A DNA stretch of 64,000 nt from Thiobacillaceae bacterium (lineage in GTDB: Bacteria > Pseudomonadota > Gammaproteobacteria > Burkholderiales > Thiobacillaceae), in contig JALOTG010000001.1 of the NCBI GenBank assembly GCA_025458005.1, positions 10,521 through 74,520 of the forward strand, in the 5' to 3' direction. Every line of letters starts with the position of its first letter. Position 1 is the first letter of the stretch. The notes under the pieces were generated by a model. The model saw only the letters and a program-made list of their open reading frames with translations, had not been told where the DNA came from and did no database searches. The position numbers and the translations under genes were made by a program. Below, piece by piece: positions 1 through 9,275 of this stretch.

Positions 1-229
1 GCTGCCCGGAGATGCTCGCCAGGTCCTCGCCGAACAGGCTCACCCGCCCCTCGGTGGGCCGTTCCAGGCCGACCAGTTCGCGCAGCAGCACGGTCTTGCC
101 GGTGCCGCTGCCGCCGATCAGGGCGGTGATCTCGCCGCGGCGCAGGGCAAAGGATACGCCGTCGTGCACCCAGCGGCCGCCCAGCCGGGTGCGCACGTTC
201 GTCGCCTCGACGATGGGACGGTCGCTCAC
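1..229 (-). CDS. ABC transporter ATP-binding protein (MlaF-like). Only the N-terminal ~76 codons are present; the gene runs off the left edge.
   Basis: The minus-strand translation from a GTG at 229 reads VSDRPIVEATNVRTRLGGRWVHDGVSFALRRGEITALIGGSGTGKTVLLRELVGLERPTEGRVSLFGEDL, which contains a Walker A motif (GGSGTGKT). The start overlaps the stop of the upstream permease gene. Confidence 0.75.
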   Translation of the reverse strand, partial: MSDRPIVEATNVRTRLGGRWVHDGVSFALRRGEITALIGGSGTGKTVLLRELVGLERPTEGRVSLFGEDLASISGQ

Positions 230-1365
230 ATCAGCTCCGGATAGGCCACCGCGAAGGCGGAATCGATGAGGATCACGGCGACGATGCTGCGCACCACGGT
301 GGCGGTGGTGCGCAGGCCCACGCTGCGCGCGTCGCGCGCCACGGAAAAGCCGTTGTGGCAGGCGATCAGGGCGATGGCCAGGGCGAATACCGGCGTCTTC
401 ATCAGGCCGAACAGCACCGTGTCAGTGGACAGCACGTCCTGCAGGCGATCGAAGAAGGTGTGCGGCGTGACGCCCAGGTGCAGGCTCGCCACCTGGGCGG
501 CGCCGAGGATGCCGGCGATGTCCGCCACGGCGGTGAGCAGGGGCATCAGCAGGACCAGGGCGAGCAGGCGGGGCAGCACCAGCACCTGCCAGGGCGACAG
601 GCCCAGGCTGGCGATGGCGTCGATCTCCTGGTTCACCTTCATCGCCCCCAGGTGGGCGGTGAAGGCGGCGCCGGAGCGGCCGGCCACGATCACCGCCGTC
701 ATCAGCGGGGCCAGCTCGCGGGTGATGGCCAGGCCGACGCCGTCGACCACGAACACGTTGGCGCCGTACTTCTTGGCCTGCAGGCCGAGCAGGTAGGCGA
801 TGACGATGCCGATCAGGTAGCTCATCAGCATCACGATGGGCACGGCGCGCAGGCCCACCATCTCCAGCTGCACGAAGAACTCGCGCGCGCGGAACAGGCC
901 CGGACGGCGCAGCAACTGGGCGAAGGCCTGGCCGGTCTGGCCGATGAAGGTCAGGATGGACAGGGTGGCGTGACCGACCCGCATGACGTGCCAGCCGATC
1001 GCCTGGCCAAAGCCGCGCCGGGCGAGCGGCGCGGTGGCGGGCAAGGCGTGCCGCCCCGCCACCAGATGCAGCAGCGCCATGCCTTGCGCGCCGAAGCCGC
1101 TCAGGCGCAGACGCGGGAAGCGCAGGCCCAGCCCGTCCAGGTGGGCGATCAGCCGGTTCGCCCCGGCGCTGTCCAGGGCGTCGAGGGCCGCCCCGTCGAC
1201 AGTGAGGGGCGCGCCCGGATCGATGGGCAGCCGGGCCAGGGCGTCGCGCAGCGCCGCCAGGTTGGCCAGGGTCCAGGCTCCCCTCAGGCTCAGCGCGGCC
1301 CCTTCGGGTCCGGCGTCCAGGCTGCAGAACGCGTCGGTGCCGACTGGCGGGGGCGGGGCGCTCAT
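226..1365 (-). CDS. MlaE-family ABC transporter permease with an N-terminal STAS-like extension
   Basis: 379-aa ORF. The C-terminal ~250 aa match the MlaE/YrbE permease pattern (FFVQLEMVGLRAVPIV..., ITRELAPLMTAVIVAGRSGAAFTAHLGAMKVNQEIDA). The start overlaps the mpl stop (ATGA). Confidence 0.85.
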   Translation of the reverse strand: MSAPPPPVGTDAFCSLDAGPEGAALSLRGAWTLANLAALRDALARLPIDPGAPLTVDGAALDALDSAGANRLIAHLDGLGLRFPRLRLSGFGAQGMALLHLVAGRHALPATAPLARRGFGQAIGWHVMRVGHATLSILTFIGQTGQAFAQLLRRPGLFRAREFFVQLEMVGLRAVPIVMLMSYLIGIVIAYLLGLQAKKYGANVFVVDGVGLAITRELAPLMTAVIVAGRSGAAFTAHLGAMKVNQEIDAIASLGLSPWQVLVLPRLLALVLLMPLLTAVADIAGILGAAQVASLHLGVTPHTFFDRLQDVLSTDTVLFGLMKTPVFALAIALIACHNGFSVARDARSVGLRTTATVVRSIVAVILIDSAFAVAYPELM

Positions 1366-2711
1366 TTCCCGGCCAGGCGGGCAAGCAGCCGGTCGTGGAT
1401 GCCGCCGAAGCCGCCGTTGCTCATGATCAGCACGTGGTCGCCGGGGCGTGCCGCGGCGGCGATCGCCTCGACCAGGGCGTCGAGGTCCTCGTGCACGCTG
1501 GCCCGCTCGCCCAGGGGCGCGAACACCGGCGCCGCGTCCCAGCCCAGCCCGCCGGCGTAGCAGTAGACCCGGTCGGCGCCGGCCAGGCTGCCGGCCAGGG
1601 CGGCCTTCATCACGCCCAGCTTCATGGTGTTGGAGCGCGGCTCCAGGACGGCGAGGATGCGTGCGTCACCCACCTTGTCGCGCAGCCCAGCCAGGGTGGT
1701 CGCGATGGCCGTGGGATGGTGGGCGAAGTCGTCGTAGACGGTCACGCCCGCCGCCGTGCCGCGCACCTCGAGACGGCGCTTGACGTTCTCGAAGCGGGCC
1801 AGGGCGGCGATGGCCGCGGCCGGCGGCACGCCGGCGTGGCGGGCGGCGGCGATGGCGGCCAGGGCGTTCAGGCGGTTGTGCTCGCCGACCAGGCTCCATG
1901 CCACCCGGCCCAGGGGCTCGCCGTCGAGCAGCACGTCGAAGGCGGATTCGCCGTCCGGCACGGCCTGCCAGCCGTCCCCTGTCCCGAATGCCTCCACCGG
2001 CGTCCAGCAGCCGCGTTCCAGCACGCGCCCGAGGGCGGCCTCGCGGCCGTTGGCCACGATCAGGCCGTTGCCCGGCACGGTGCGCACCAAGTGGTGGAAC
2101 TGGGTCTCGATGGCGGCCAGGTCGGGGAAGATATCGGCGTGGTCGAACTCCAGGTTGTTGAGGATGGCGGTGCGCGGCCGGTAGTGGACGAACTTGGAGC
2201 GCTTGTCGAAGAAGGCGGTGTCGTATTCGTCCGCCTCGATGACGAAGAAGGGGCTGTCGGTCAGCCGCGCCGAGACGCCGAAGTTCAGCGGCACGCCGCC
2301 GATCAGGTAGCCGGGATCGAGCCCGGCGTCGCGCAGGATCCAGGCCAGCATGGCCGAGGTGGTGGTCTTGCCGTGGGTGCCGGCCACCGCCAGCACCCAC
2401 TTCTCGCGCAGCACGTTCTCGAACAGCCACTGCGGGCCGGAGACATAGGGCAGGCCGCGGTCGAGGATCGCCTCCATGAGCGGCTGCCTGCCGCGCGCCA
2501 CCACGTTGCCGATCACGTAGATGTCCGGGGCGAGGTCGATCTGGTCGGCCGAGAAGCCCTCGGTGAGGGCGATGCCCTGGGCCTCGAGCTGGGTGCTCAT
2601 GGGCGGGTAGACGTTGGCGTCGCAGCCGGTGACCCGGTGGCCGGCCTGCTGGGCGATGACGGCGATGCCGCCCATGAAGGTGCCGCAGATGCCGAGGATG
2701 TGGATATGCAT
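1362..2711 (-). CDS. mpl: UDP-N-acetylmuramate:L-alanyl-gamma-D-glutamyl-meso-diaminopimelate ligase (murein peptide ligase)
   Basis: Starts MHIHILGICGTFMGGIAVIAQQAGHRVTGCDANVYPPMSTQLEAQGI and carries the Mur-ligase P-loop AVAGTHGKTTTSAML. The real start is the in-frame ATG at 2711; the upstream part of the 770-aa track ORF is a GC artefact. Confidence 0.9.
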   Translation of the reverse strand: MHIHILGICGTFMGGIAVIAQQAGHRVTGCDANVYPPMSTQLEAQGIALTEGFSADQIDLAPDIYVIGNVVARGRQPLMEAILDRGLPYVSGPQWLFENVLREKWVLAVAGTHGKTTTSAMLAWILRDAGLDPGYLIGGVPLNFGVSARLTDSPFFVIEADEYDTAFFDKRSKFVHYRPRTAILNNLEFDHADIFPDLAAIETQFHHLVRTVPGNGLIVANGREAALGRVLERGCWTPVEAFGTGDGWQAVPDGESAFDVLLDGEPLGRVAWSLVGEHNRLNALAAIAAARHAGVPPAAAIAALARFENVKRRLEVRGTAAGVTVYDDFAHHPTAIATTLAGLRDKVGDARILAVLEPRSNTMKLGVMKAALAGSLAGADRVYCYAGGLGWDAAPVFAPLGERASVHEDLDALVEAIAAAARPGDHVLIMSNGGFGGIHDRLLARLAGK

Positions 2712-2807
2712 CGGGAAGAGCGCTCTGAAGACAGGAGGATTATCGCCCCAGTTAAACTTCGCCGCCATTTGGCCGATATCCGCATCATCCGCCGTCTCCT
2801 CAACCCC

Positions 2808-3749
2808 ATGGCCCAAACCCCCAACGTCATCGGTCATCTCGTCATGCAGCGCTTGAAGGAGCGCGGCCTGGCGGCGACGCCCGAGAACTACGAGCGCCTC
2901 TACTACGAGGTCGCGGGCCTGCCCCCGCCCAAACCCGAACCGGAACCGGAGCCGGAGCCGGTGGTGCAGAACAACCCCTTCTGCATGGAGCTGCTGGTGA
3001 CCCTGCGCGAGATGTTGCGGGAGGTCACCGACAAGACCGACCACCTGGCGCGCGAACTGGGCGAGAAGAACGAGGACCTGCGGGCGAGCGTCAGCGGCCT
3101 GAAGAAAAGCCGCGAGAAGTCGGAGGTCGTGCGCCTGCTGGGGCTGATCGTCGCCCAGGCCGGCGGCATCCAGGACAGCGTGCAGAACAGCCATCGCGAC
3201 CTCGTCGAGACGCGCCATTCCCTCAAGGCGATGCAGGACGAGCTGGCCGAGACCCGCCAGCTGCTCAACGAGGACGCCCTGACCGGGGCGCTCAACCGGC
3301 GCGGCCTGGACCAGAACCTCCAGCGCGAGATCGCCCGCGCCCAGCGCGCCGGCACCACCCTCACCGTGGCCATGGTCGACCTCGACCACTTCAAGCGGGT
3401 GAACGACCAGCACGGCCACGAGACGGGCGACCAGCTGCTGGTGCACTTCACCCGCCTGATGCGCTCGGTGATGCGGAAATCTGATGCCCTGGCCCGCTAC
3501 GGCGGCGAGGAGTTCACCCTGATCCTGCCGGAAACCGACGCGCGCGGCGCCCACAAGCTGCTCGACCGGTTGCGCGAGGTGCACCGTCAAAGCCCCCTGC
3601 TGTTCGAGGGCAAGGCGGTCGCCACCACGTTCAGCGCCGGCATCGCCACCCTGCAGGGGGAGGACAACGGCCACGCCCTGCTGCGCCGCGCCGACGGCGC
3701 CCTGTTCGCGGCCAAGGACGCCGGTCGCGACACCATCCAGATCGCCTGA
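2808..3749 (+). CDS. Diguanylate cyclase (coiled-coil N-terminus plus GGDEF domain)
   Basis: The C-terminal domain has an intact GGEEF active site (ARYGGEEFTLIL) with an RxxD I-site (RKSD) five residues upstream. The start is the in-frame ATG at 2808; a PEPEPEPEP linker follows. Confidence 0.85.
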   Translation: MAQTPNVIGHLVMQRLKERGLAATPENYERLYYEVAGLPPPKPEPEPEPEPVVQNNPFCMELLVTLREMLREVTDKTDHLARELGEKNEDLRASVSGLKKSREKSEVVRLLGLIVAQAGGIQDSVQNSHRDLVETRHSLKAMQDELAETRQLLNEDALTGALNRRGLDQNLQREIARAQRAGTTLTVAMVDLDHFKRVNDQHGHETGDQLLVHFTRLMRSVMRKSDALARYGGEEFTLILPETDARGAHKLLDRLREVHRQSPLLFEGKAVATTFSAGIATLQGEDNGHALLRRADGALFAAKDAGRDTIQIA

Positions 3750-3768
3750 GTCGGCGCGCCCCCGATCC

Positions 3769-4377
3769 GTGCCCAGACAGCTCTACCTCGCCTCGCAGAG
3801 TCCGCGCCGCCTGGAACTGCTGCGCCAGGTCGGCCTGCGACCCACCGTGCTGCCCCTGCGCCATGCGCCGCCGCGCGCCGAGGTGGACGAGGCGCCGCTG
3901 GCGGGGGAACGGGCCTGGGATTACGTCAGCCGCCTGGCGCGCATGAAGGCCGCCACCGGCCGCGCCGCCGTCCAGGCCCGCCGGCTGCTGGACTGGCCGA
4001 TCCTGGCGGCGGACACCACCGTCACCCTGGACGGCGACATCCTCGGCAAGCCGCGCGACGCGGCCGAAGCGGCGGCCATGCTGAGGCGCTACGCGGGGCG
4101 CTCGCACACGGTGCTGACGGCGGTGGCGGTGGCCCACGGCGACGCGCTGCTGGAGGCCGTCAGCGAGAGCACGGTCACCTTCGGAGCGCTCAGCGAGCCG
4201 GACATCACCGCCTACGTCGCCAGCGGCGAGCCCTTCGACAAGGCCGGCGGCTATGGCATCCAGGGCCGCGCCGCGGCCTTCGTCGCGCATCTGTCGGGCA
4301 GCTACTCGGGCGTCATGGGGCTGCCGCTGCACGAAACCGTTGAACTGCTGAAGAGAGTCGGTTTCAATCCGTTCTGA
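3769..4377 (+). CDS. maf: Maf-like nucleoside triphosphate pyrophosphatase
   Basis: 202 aa starting [19 protein letters not shown], with GGYGIQG near the C-terminus. These are typical Maf/YhdE motifs. Confidence 0.85.
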   Translation: MPRQLYLASQSPRRLELLRQVGLRPTVLPLRHAPPRAEVDEAPLAGERAWDYVSRLARMKAATGRAAVQARRLLDWPILAADTTVTLDGDILGKPRDAAEAAAMLRRYAGRSHTVLTAVAVAHGDALLEAVSESTVTFGALSEPDITAYVASGEPFDKAGGYGIQGRAAAFVAHLSGSYSGVMGLPLHETVELLKRVGFNPF

Positions 4378-4458
4378 CCCCGGTTGGAAAGTCGCCGCTC
4401 CTCAGTCCGTTGTCCCGCCAGCGGGTTGAGGACCGCCAACTTTCCTTTCCCCGCCGCC

Positions 4459-5910
4459 ATGAGCGAAGAGATCCTCATCAACATCACCCCCCAGGAAACG
4501 CGGGTGGCCGTCATCTACCTGGGCGCCGTGCAGGAGCTGCACATCGAGCGGGCCAGCCAGCGCGGCCTGGTCGGCAACATCTACCTGGGCCGGGTGTCGC
4601 GGGTGCTGCCCGGCATGCAGTCGGCGTTCATCGACATCGGCCTGGAGCGGGCCGCCTTCCTGCACGTGGCGGACATCTGGGAGACGCGCCAGCAGGAGCC
4701 GGGCCGGCCGATCGAGAAGATCCTGCACGAGGGCCAGGGCCTGCTGGTGCAGGTGATCAAGGACCCCATCGGCACCAAGGGGGCGCGCCTGTCCACCCAG
4801 CTGTCCATGGCCGGCCGCTTCCTGGTCTACCTGCCCCAGGAGACGCGCATCGGCATCTCGCAGAAGATCGAGGACGAGGCCGAGCGCGAGATGCTGCGCG
4901 ACCGCCTCACCCGCGTGCTGCCCCAGGACGAGCACGGCGGCTTCATCATCCGCACCATGGCCAACGTGGCCGAGGACATGGAGCTGGCCGCCGACGTCGA
5001 ATACCTGCACGCCATCTGGGACGCCATCCAGGCCCGCGCCGGGTCGAGCGGCGCGCCCTGCCTGATCTACCAGGAGCTGGACCTCGCCCACCGCGTGCTG
5101 CGCGACATGGCCACCGCCGAGACGGTGCGCATCCAGATCGACTCGCGCGAGACCTACCAGCGCATGCTGGCCTTCGCCCAGGACTTCACCCGCAACGTGG
5201 CCGACCGGCTCGGCCACTACACCATGGAGCGCCCCCTGTTCGACCTCTACGGCGTGGAGGAGGAGGTGGAGCGCGCGCTGGCCCGGCGCGTCGACCTGAA
5301 GTCGGGCGGCTACCTGATCATCGACCAGACCGAGGCGCTCACCACCATCGATGTGAACACCGGCGCCTACACCGGGGTGCGCAACTTCGACGACACCATC
5401 TTCAAGACCAACCTGGAGGCGTCCCAGGCCATCGCCCGGCAGCTGCGGCTGCGCAACCTGGGCGGCATCATCATCATCGACTTCATCGACATGGACAACC
5501 CGGAGCACAAGGAGGCGGTGCTCGCCGAGCTGTCGCGCGCGCTGACCCGCGACCGCACGCGCATGACCATCAACGGCTTCACCTCCCTGGGGCTGGTGGA
5601 GATGACCCGCAAGCGCACCCGCGAGAGCCTGGCCCGCGTGATGTGCGAGCCCTGCCCCACCTGCCAGGGCCGCGGCCAGGTGAAGACCGCCCAGACCACC
5701 TGCTACGAGATCCTGCGCGGCATCATCCGCGAGTCGCGCCAGTTCAACGCGCGCGAATACCGCATCCTGGCCTCCCAGCAGGTCGTCGACCTGTTCCTCG
5801 ACGAGGAGTCGCAGAACCTCGCCCAGCTGTCCGACTTCGTCGGCAAGCCGGTCTCGCTGCAGGTGGAGAGCCTGTTCAGCCAGGAGCAGTACGACATCAT
5901 CCTGCTCTAG
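4459..5910 (+). CDS. rng: Ribonuclease G
   Basis: [61 protein letters not shown] shows the S1 domain followed by the RNase E/G catalytic core. The ~483-aa size fits RNase G, and it sits next to maf as in many proteobacteria. Confidence 0.9.
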   Translation: MSEEILINITPQETRVAVIYLGAVQELHIERASQRGLVGNIYLGRVSRVLPGMQSAFIDIGLERAAFLHVADIWETRQQEPGRPIEKILHEGQGLLVQVIKDPIGTKGARLSTQLSMAGRFLVYLPQETRIGISQKIEDEAEREMLRDRLTRVLPQDEHGGFIIRTMANVAEDMELAADVEYLHAIWDAIQARAGSSGAPCLIYQELDLAHRVLRDMATAETVRIQIDSRETYQRMLAFAQDFTRNVADRLGHYTMERPLFDLYGVEEEVERALARRVDLKSGGYLIIDQTEALTTIDVNTGAYTGVRNFDDTIFKTNLEASQAIARQLRLRNLGGIIIIDFIDMDNPEHKEAVLAELSRALTRDRTRMTINGFTSLGLVEMTRKRTRESLARVMCEPCPTCQGRGQVKTAQTTCYEILRGIIRESRQFNAREYRILASQQVVDLFLDEESQNLAQLSDFVGKPVSLQVESLFSQEQYDIILL

Positions 5911-5957
5911 GCGGGCGGGTTAGAATTCGGCGTCCCTCATCATTCAAGGAACCTCCC

Positions 5958-6353
5958 ATGAGCAGCTACGGCTTTTCCACCCAGGTCCGACTCCCCTTCG
6001 CCGCCGCCGTCGAGAAGACCATCGAGGCCCTCAAGGCCGAGGGCTTCGGCGTGCTCACCGACATCGACGTGCAGGCCACCCTGAAGGCCAAGCTGGGCGT
6101 CGAGAAGCGCCCCTACCGCATCCTCGGCGCCTGCAACCCGCCCCTGGCGAACCGCGCCCTGGACGCCGAGGACGAGGTGGGCCTGCTGCTGCCCTGCAAC
6201 GTGGTGGTGAAGGAGGACGCCGACGGGGGCGTCACGGTGGCCTTCCTGGACCCGGGCGTGATGTCGCGGCTGGTGGACAACCCGCAGATGGCCGAGGTGG
6301 CCAGCGAGGCCCGCGCCCGCCTGGAGCGGGTGCGCGACAGCCTGGCGGGCTGA
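5958..6353 (+). CDS. DUF302 domain protein
   Basis: 131 aa. [35 protein letters not shown] is the characteristic DUF302 core. An AAGGAA ribosome-binding site lies upstream. Confidence 0.75.
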   Translation: MSSYGFSTQVRLPFAAAVEKTIEALKAEGFGVLTDIDVQATLKAKLGVEKRPYRILGACNPPLANRALDAEDEVGLLLPCNVVVKEDADGGVTVAFLDPGVMSRLVDNPQMAEVASEARARLERVRDSLAG

Positions 6354-6400
6354 TCGCCCTCCGCCCCGCGGGAGGCCCGCTCGCGGGGCGAACCGGCGCC

Positions 6401-6426
6401 CGGACACGGCCGAACGGCCGTGTCCG
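6401..6426. terminator. GC-rich hairpin (11-bp perfect stem) between the convergent DUF302 gene and corA
   Basis: CGGACACGGCC-GAAC-GGCCGTGTCCG lies directly after the corA stop. There is no U-tract on either strand, so its role as a terminator is uncertain. Confidence 0.35.
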
Positions 6427-6427
6427 C

Positions 6428-7489
6428 TCAGAGCCAGCGCCGGCGCCGGAAGAAGACCACCAGCGCCAGCGCCACCGCCAGCATCCCGCCCAGCACCGCG
6501 AAATAGCCCCAGCGCCACTCCAGCTCGGGCATGTGGCGGAAGTTCATGCCGTACACCCCGGCGATGAAGGTGAGCGGGATGAAGATGGTGGAGATGATGG
6601 TGAGCAGCTTCATGATCTCGTTCATGCGGTTGGACAGGGACGAGAGGTAGACGTCCAGGAGCCCCGACAGGGTGTCGCGGTAGCTCTCCACGGTGTCGAT
6701 GACGTGGATGGTGTGGTCGTACACGTCGCGCAGGTAGAGCTCCACGCCGGGGGAAAGCAGGGTCGAGTCGCTGCGGTCCAGGCCGCCGATCACCTCGCGC
6801 AGCGGCCAGACCGACCGGCGCAGGGCGATCAGTTCCCGCTTCAGGCGGTGCAGGGTGCGCATGGCCACCGGCGAGGGCCGGTCGAGGATCTGTTCCTCCA
6901 GGCGCTCGATCTCCTCGCCGACCTGCTCCAGCACGCCGAAATACTCGTCCACCACGCAGTCGATCAGGGCATGCAGCAGGAAGTCCGGCCCGAGCTTGCG
7001 CAGCCGGCCGCGGGTGCCGCGGATGCGCTGGCGCACCGGCTCGAACAGGGGCCCGCCGGACTCCTGGAAGGACAGCACGAAGCCCGCGCCCAGCACGATG
7101 CTGACCTGGGACTCGCTCACCCGGCCCTCGCGCCGGTCGAAGCCAAGACGCTTGAGGACCACGAACAGGTAGCCCTCGTAGTCCTCCAGCTTGGGCCGCT
7201 GCTCGGTGTTGAGCACGTCCTCCATGAGCAGGGGATGCAGGGCGAAGGCCTGGCCGATCTTCTCCAGCAGCAGCGGGGCGTGCACGCCCAGCACGTCCAG
7301 CCATAGCACGCCGCCCTGGCGCGGGGGGACGACCTCCCCGATCCCCTCCACCTGGCGTTCCTCGACCCGCTCGGCGTCGTAGTCCAGCAGCCGCATCAGC
7401 ACCGGCGCCGCCGAGGCCTCGCCGACGTGCATCAGGGTGCCCGGCGGCAGGCCGGCCTTCTCCGAGCGTCGGTGGCTGCGCTTCTTCAT
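6428..7489 (-). CDS. corA: Magnesium/cobalt transporter CorA
   Basis: 353 aa with the signature GVYGMNF motif immediately before the last transmembrane helix. Confidence 0.9.
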   Translation of the reverse strand: MKKRSHRRSEKAGLPPGTLMHVGEASAAPVLMRLLDYDAERVEERQVEGIGEVVPPRQGGVLWLDVLGVHAPLLLEKIGQAFALHPLLMEDVLNTEQRPKLEDYEGYLFVVLKRLGFDRREGRVSESQVSIVLGAGFVLSFQESGGPLFEPVRQRIRGTRGRLRKLGPDFLLHALIDCVVDEYFGVLEQVGEEIERLEEQILDRPSPVAMRTLHRLKRELIALRRSVWPLREVIGGLDRSDSTLLSPGVELYLRDVYDHTIHVIDTVESYRDTLSGLLDVYLSSLSNRMNEIMKLLTIISTIFIPLTFIAGVYGMNFRHMPELEWRWGYFAVLGGMLAVALALVVFFRRRRWL

Positions 7490-7505
7490 CCCGATCGCGC
7501 CCCGC

Positions 7506-8603
7506 TCAGGCCTCCAGCAGGCCGCGCACCACCTGATTGAAGGGCGCGATCCATTCGGCGGCGAACTGTTGCTCGGCGGCGTTCACCTCGGCCGCCGCGC
7601 GCAGCATGGAGCGGCTCTGGCCGCGGTGGGTCTGCTTCAGGGTGACCGCCTCGAAGGCGTCGACGATGGCCATCAGCTTGGCGCCCGGGCAGATCGCGTC
7701 GCCCGCGAGGGCGCGCGGATAGCCCTGGCCGCTGGGCATCTCGTGGTGCTGGGCGACGATGCGCGCCGCCTCGTCCCAGCCGCTCATGCGCTCCAGCAGG
7801 CCGGCGGCGTAGGCCGGGTGGCGGCGCAGCTCGGCCAGGTCGGCGGGGCTCAGCCGGCCAGGCTTCAGCCAGACCGGCTCGGCCAGGAACATCATGCCCA
7901 CGTCGTGCATGTAGACCGCCGCCTCCAGCTGCAGGGGGTCGACCGGCCGGCCGGCCACCTCGTTGATGGAACGGGCCAGGTGCAGCACGCGGGCGGTGCG
8001 CCCCTGGAACAGCGGCGAGCGCTGCTCCAGCTGCAGGGCCAGCCCGCTGAAGAAGGTCAGGTCGGCGCCGCGGCTGGCCGGGGTCGGCGCCGCCGGCGCC
8101 TCCCGCCCGGCCTGGGCGGGCCGGAAGCCGGACACCCGCTCGATCATCCGCGCGGCGGCGTCCTCCACCGCCTCGGCGCGGGCCTCGGCCATCGCCCGCA
8201 GCTCCTCCAGCAGGACGGGCAGGCGCAGGCCGACCACCGGCTCCCGGTCGTAATGGGCCTGCGCGGCCCGCTCCAGGCGGTCCAGCGCCAGCAGCATGGC
8301 CTCGGCAAGCATGGCCGTGAAGCGCAGCCGCCCCTCGCGCACCCGCATCAGCAGGGTCTCCAGCTGGTGCGCCACCTCCACGCCGAAGGGGTAGCGGCAC
8401 AGGGCGGCGTCGCCCTTCAGGTTGTGGAAGGCGCGGAACAGGCCGGCCACCAGCTCCAGGTCGTTCGGCGCGGCGCGCAGCATGCCGACGTAGCGTTCGA
8501 TGCGCGGCGCGCGCTCCTCCAGCTCGTCCAGATAGTCCCGGAACAGCTCCCGGTCCAGGGTCCGGATCGCGTCTGCCCGTCCTTCATCCGCTCCCATCGA
8601 CAC
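7506..8603 (-). CDS. Hpt-domain / HD-GYP-domain protein (putative c-di-GMP phosphodiesterase)
   Basis: The N-terminus has an Hpt-like motif (FRAFHNLKGDAALC). The C-terminus has HD (YMHDVGM) and HHE...GQGYP motifs typical of HD-GYP. Confidence 0.8.
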   Translation of the reverse strand: MSMGADEGRADAIRTLDRELFRDYLDELEERAPRIERYVGMLRAAPNDLELVAGLFRAFHNLKGDAALCRYPFGVEVAHQLETLLMRVREGRLRFTAMLAEAMLLALDRLERAAQAHYDREPVVGLRLPVLLEELRAMAEARAEAVEDAAARMIERVSGFRPAQAGREAPAAPTPASRGADLTFFSGLALQLEQRSPLFQGRTARVLHLARSINEVAGRPVDPLQLEAAVYMHDVGMMFLAEPVWLKPGRLSPADLAELRRHPAYAAGLLERMSGWDEAARIVAQHHEMPSGQGYPRALAGDAICPGAKLMAIVDAFEAVTLKQTHRGQSRSMLRAAAEVNAAEQQFAAEWIAPFNQVVRGLLEA

Positions 8604-8816
8604 TCCTCGCCGCCTCGCTCGCCCGCCCCGCGGGCAACGGGGTGGATGCTACGCCAGATGCGGCGCGGAGGGCAGCTCGGCGATGGCGCGACGCGCCCCG
8701 CGCAAGACATCCGCCGCCCACGTACTACAGTGACATCTGTGCAACCCACGCGTGCGAACGGGCCCGGGCGGGTGCGCGCCGGGCCCGGGCCACGCGGAAA
8801 ACGAAGGAGGACGACG

Positions 8817-9248
8817 ATGCCCACGCGCAGAGACCACGACCACCTCGGCAGCGGCAAGTTCAGGATCGAGATCGAGGGCGTCACGCAGGGCGCCTTCACC
8901 GCCGTGAGCGGCCTGGAGGCGAGCACCGACGTCATCGCCTATGTGGACGGCGACGACATGCTGGTGCGCAAGCGCCCGGGCCGCACCAGCTACGCCAACA
9001 TCGTCCTCAAGCGCGGCTACGTGAATACCGACGAGCTGTGGAACTGGTACAGGCTGGTCATGGACGGCCAGGTGGAACGCCGGTCCGGCTCCATCATCGT
9101 GCTGGACGAGACGCTGAAGGAGATCCTGCGCTACAACTTCTTCGAGGCCTGGCCCTGCCGCTGGAAGAGCTTCGCCCTGGACGCCAGCACCGCCGACACC
9201 CTGGTGGAGGAGCTGGAGATCGTCGTCGAGAAGATCGAGCGGGCCTGA
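8817..9248 (+). CDS. Phage/eCIS-type tail tube protein (T4 gp19 / Afp1-like; 'conserved hypothetical phage tail region protein' family)
   Basis: 143 aa. FRIEIEGVTQGAFTAVSGLEASTDVIAYVDG...RPGRTSYANIVLKRGYVNTDELWNWY...ERRSGSIIVLDE...FFEAWPCRWK matches the family pattern almost position for position. A strong ribosome-binding site (AAGGAGG) lies upstream. Confidence 0.85.
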   Translation: MPTRRDHDHLGSGKFRIEIEGVTQGAFTAVSGLEASTDVIAYVDGDDMLVRKRPGRTSYANIVLKRGYVNTDELWNWYRLVMDGQVERRSGSIIVLDETLKEILRYNFFEAWPCRWKSFALDASTADTLVEELEIVVEKIERA

Positions 9249-9275
9249 TGCCGGCACACCGGGCCGGATGAGCCG

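Noticed and set aside
355-1560. A long ORF (401 aa) antisense to the MlaE permease gene. Similar long antisense or out-of-frame ORFs occur throughout, for example 4402..5508, 5940..7304, 8649..10049, 11757..14222, 16030..17175, 34992..36725, 36798..38087, 38108..39745, 41367..42689 and 43335..45830.
   Set aside because: Their translations are low-complexity and rich in Arg, Ala, Gly, Pro, His and Gln. They overlap genes with unmistakable homology on the other strand or frame. Stop-free alternative frames are expected in GC-rich DNA.
2925-2965. A short CCGGAACCGGAGCCGGAGCCGG-type DNA repeat.
   Set aside because: It simply encodes a PKPEPEPEPEP linker inside the GGDEF protein. It is not an independent repeat element or a CRISPR.
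2712-3674. N-terminal extensions of track ORFs: the 770-aa version of mpl, the 784-aa version of the GGDEF gene, the 661-aa ORF 15188..17173 running through queA and tRNA-Leu, and the 544-aa version of rlpA.
   Set aside because: Homology begins at internal start codons that were verified to be in frame. The upstream parts overlap other real genes or a tRNA and are compositionally nonsense.
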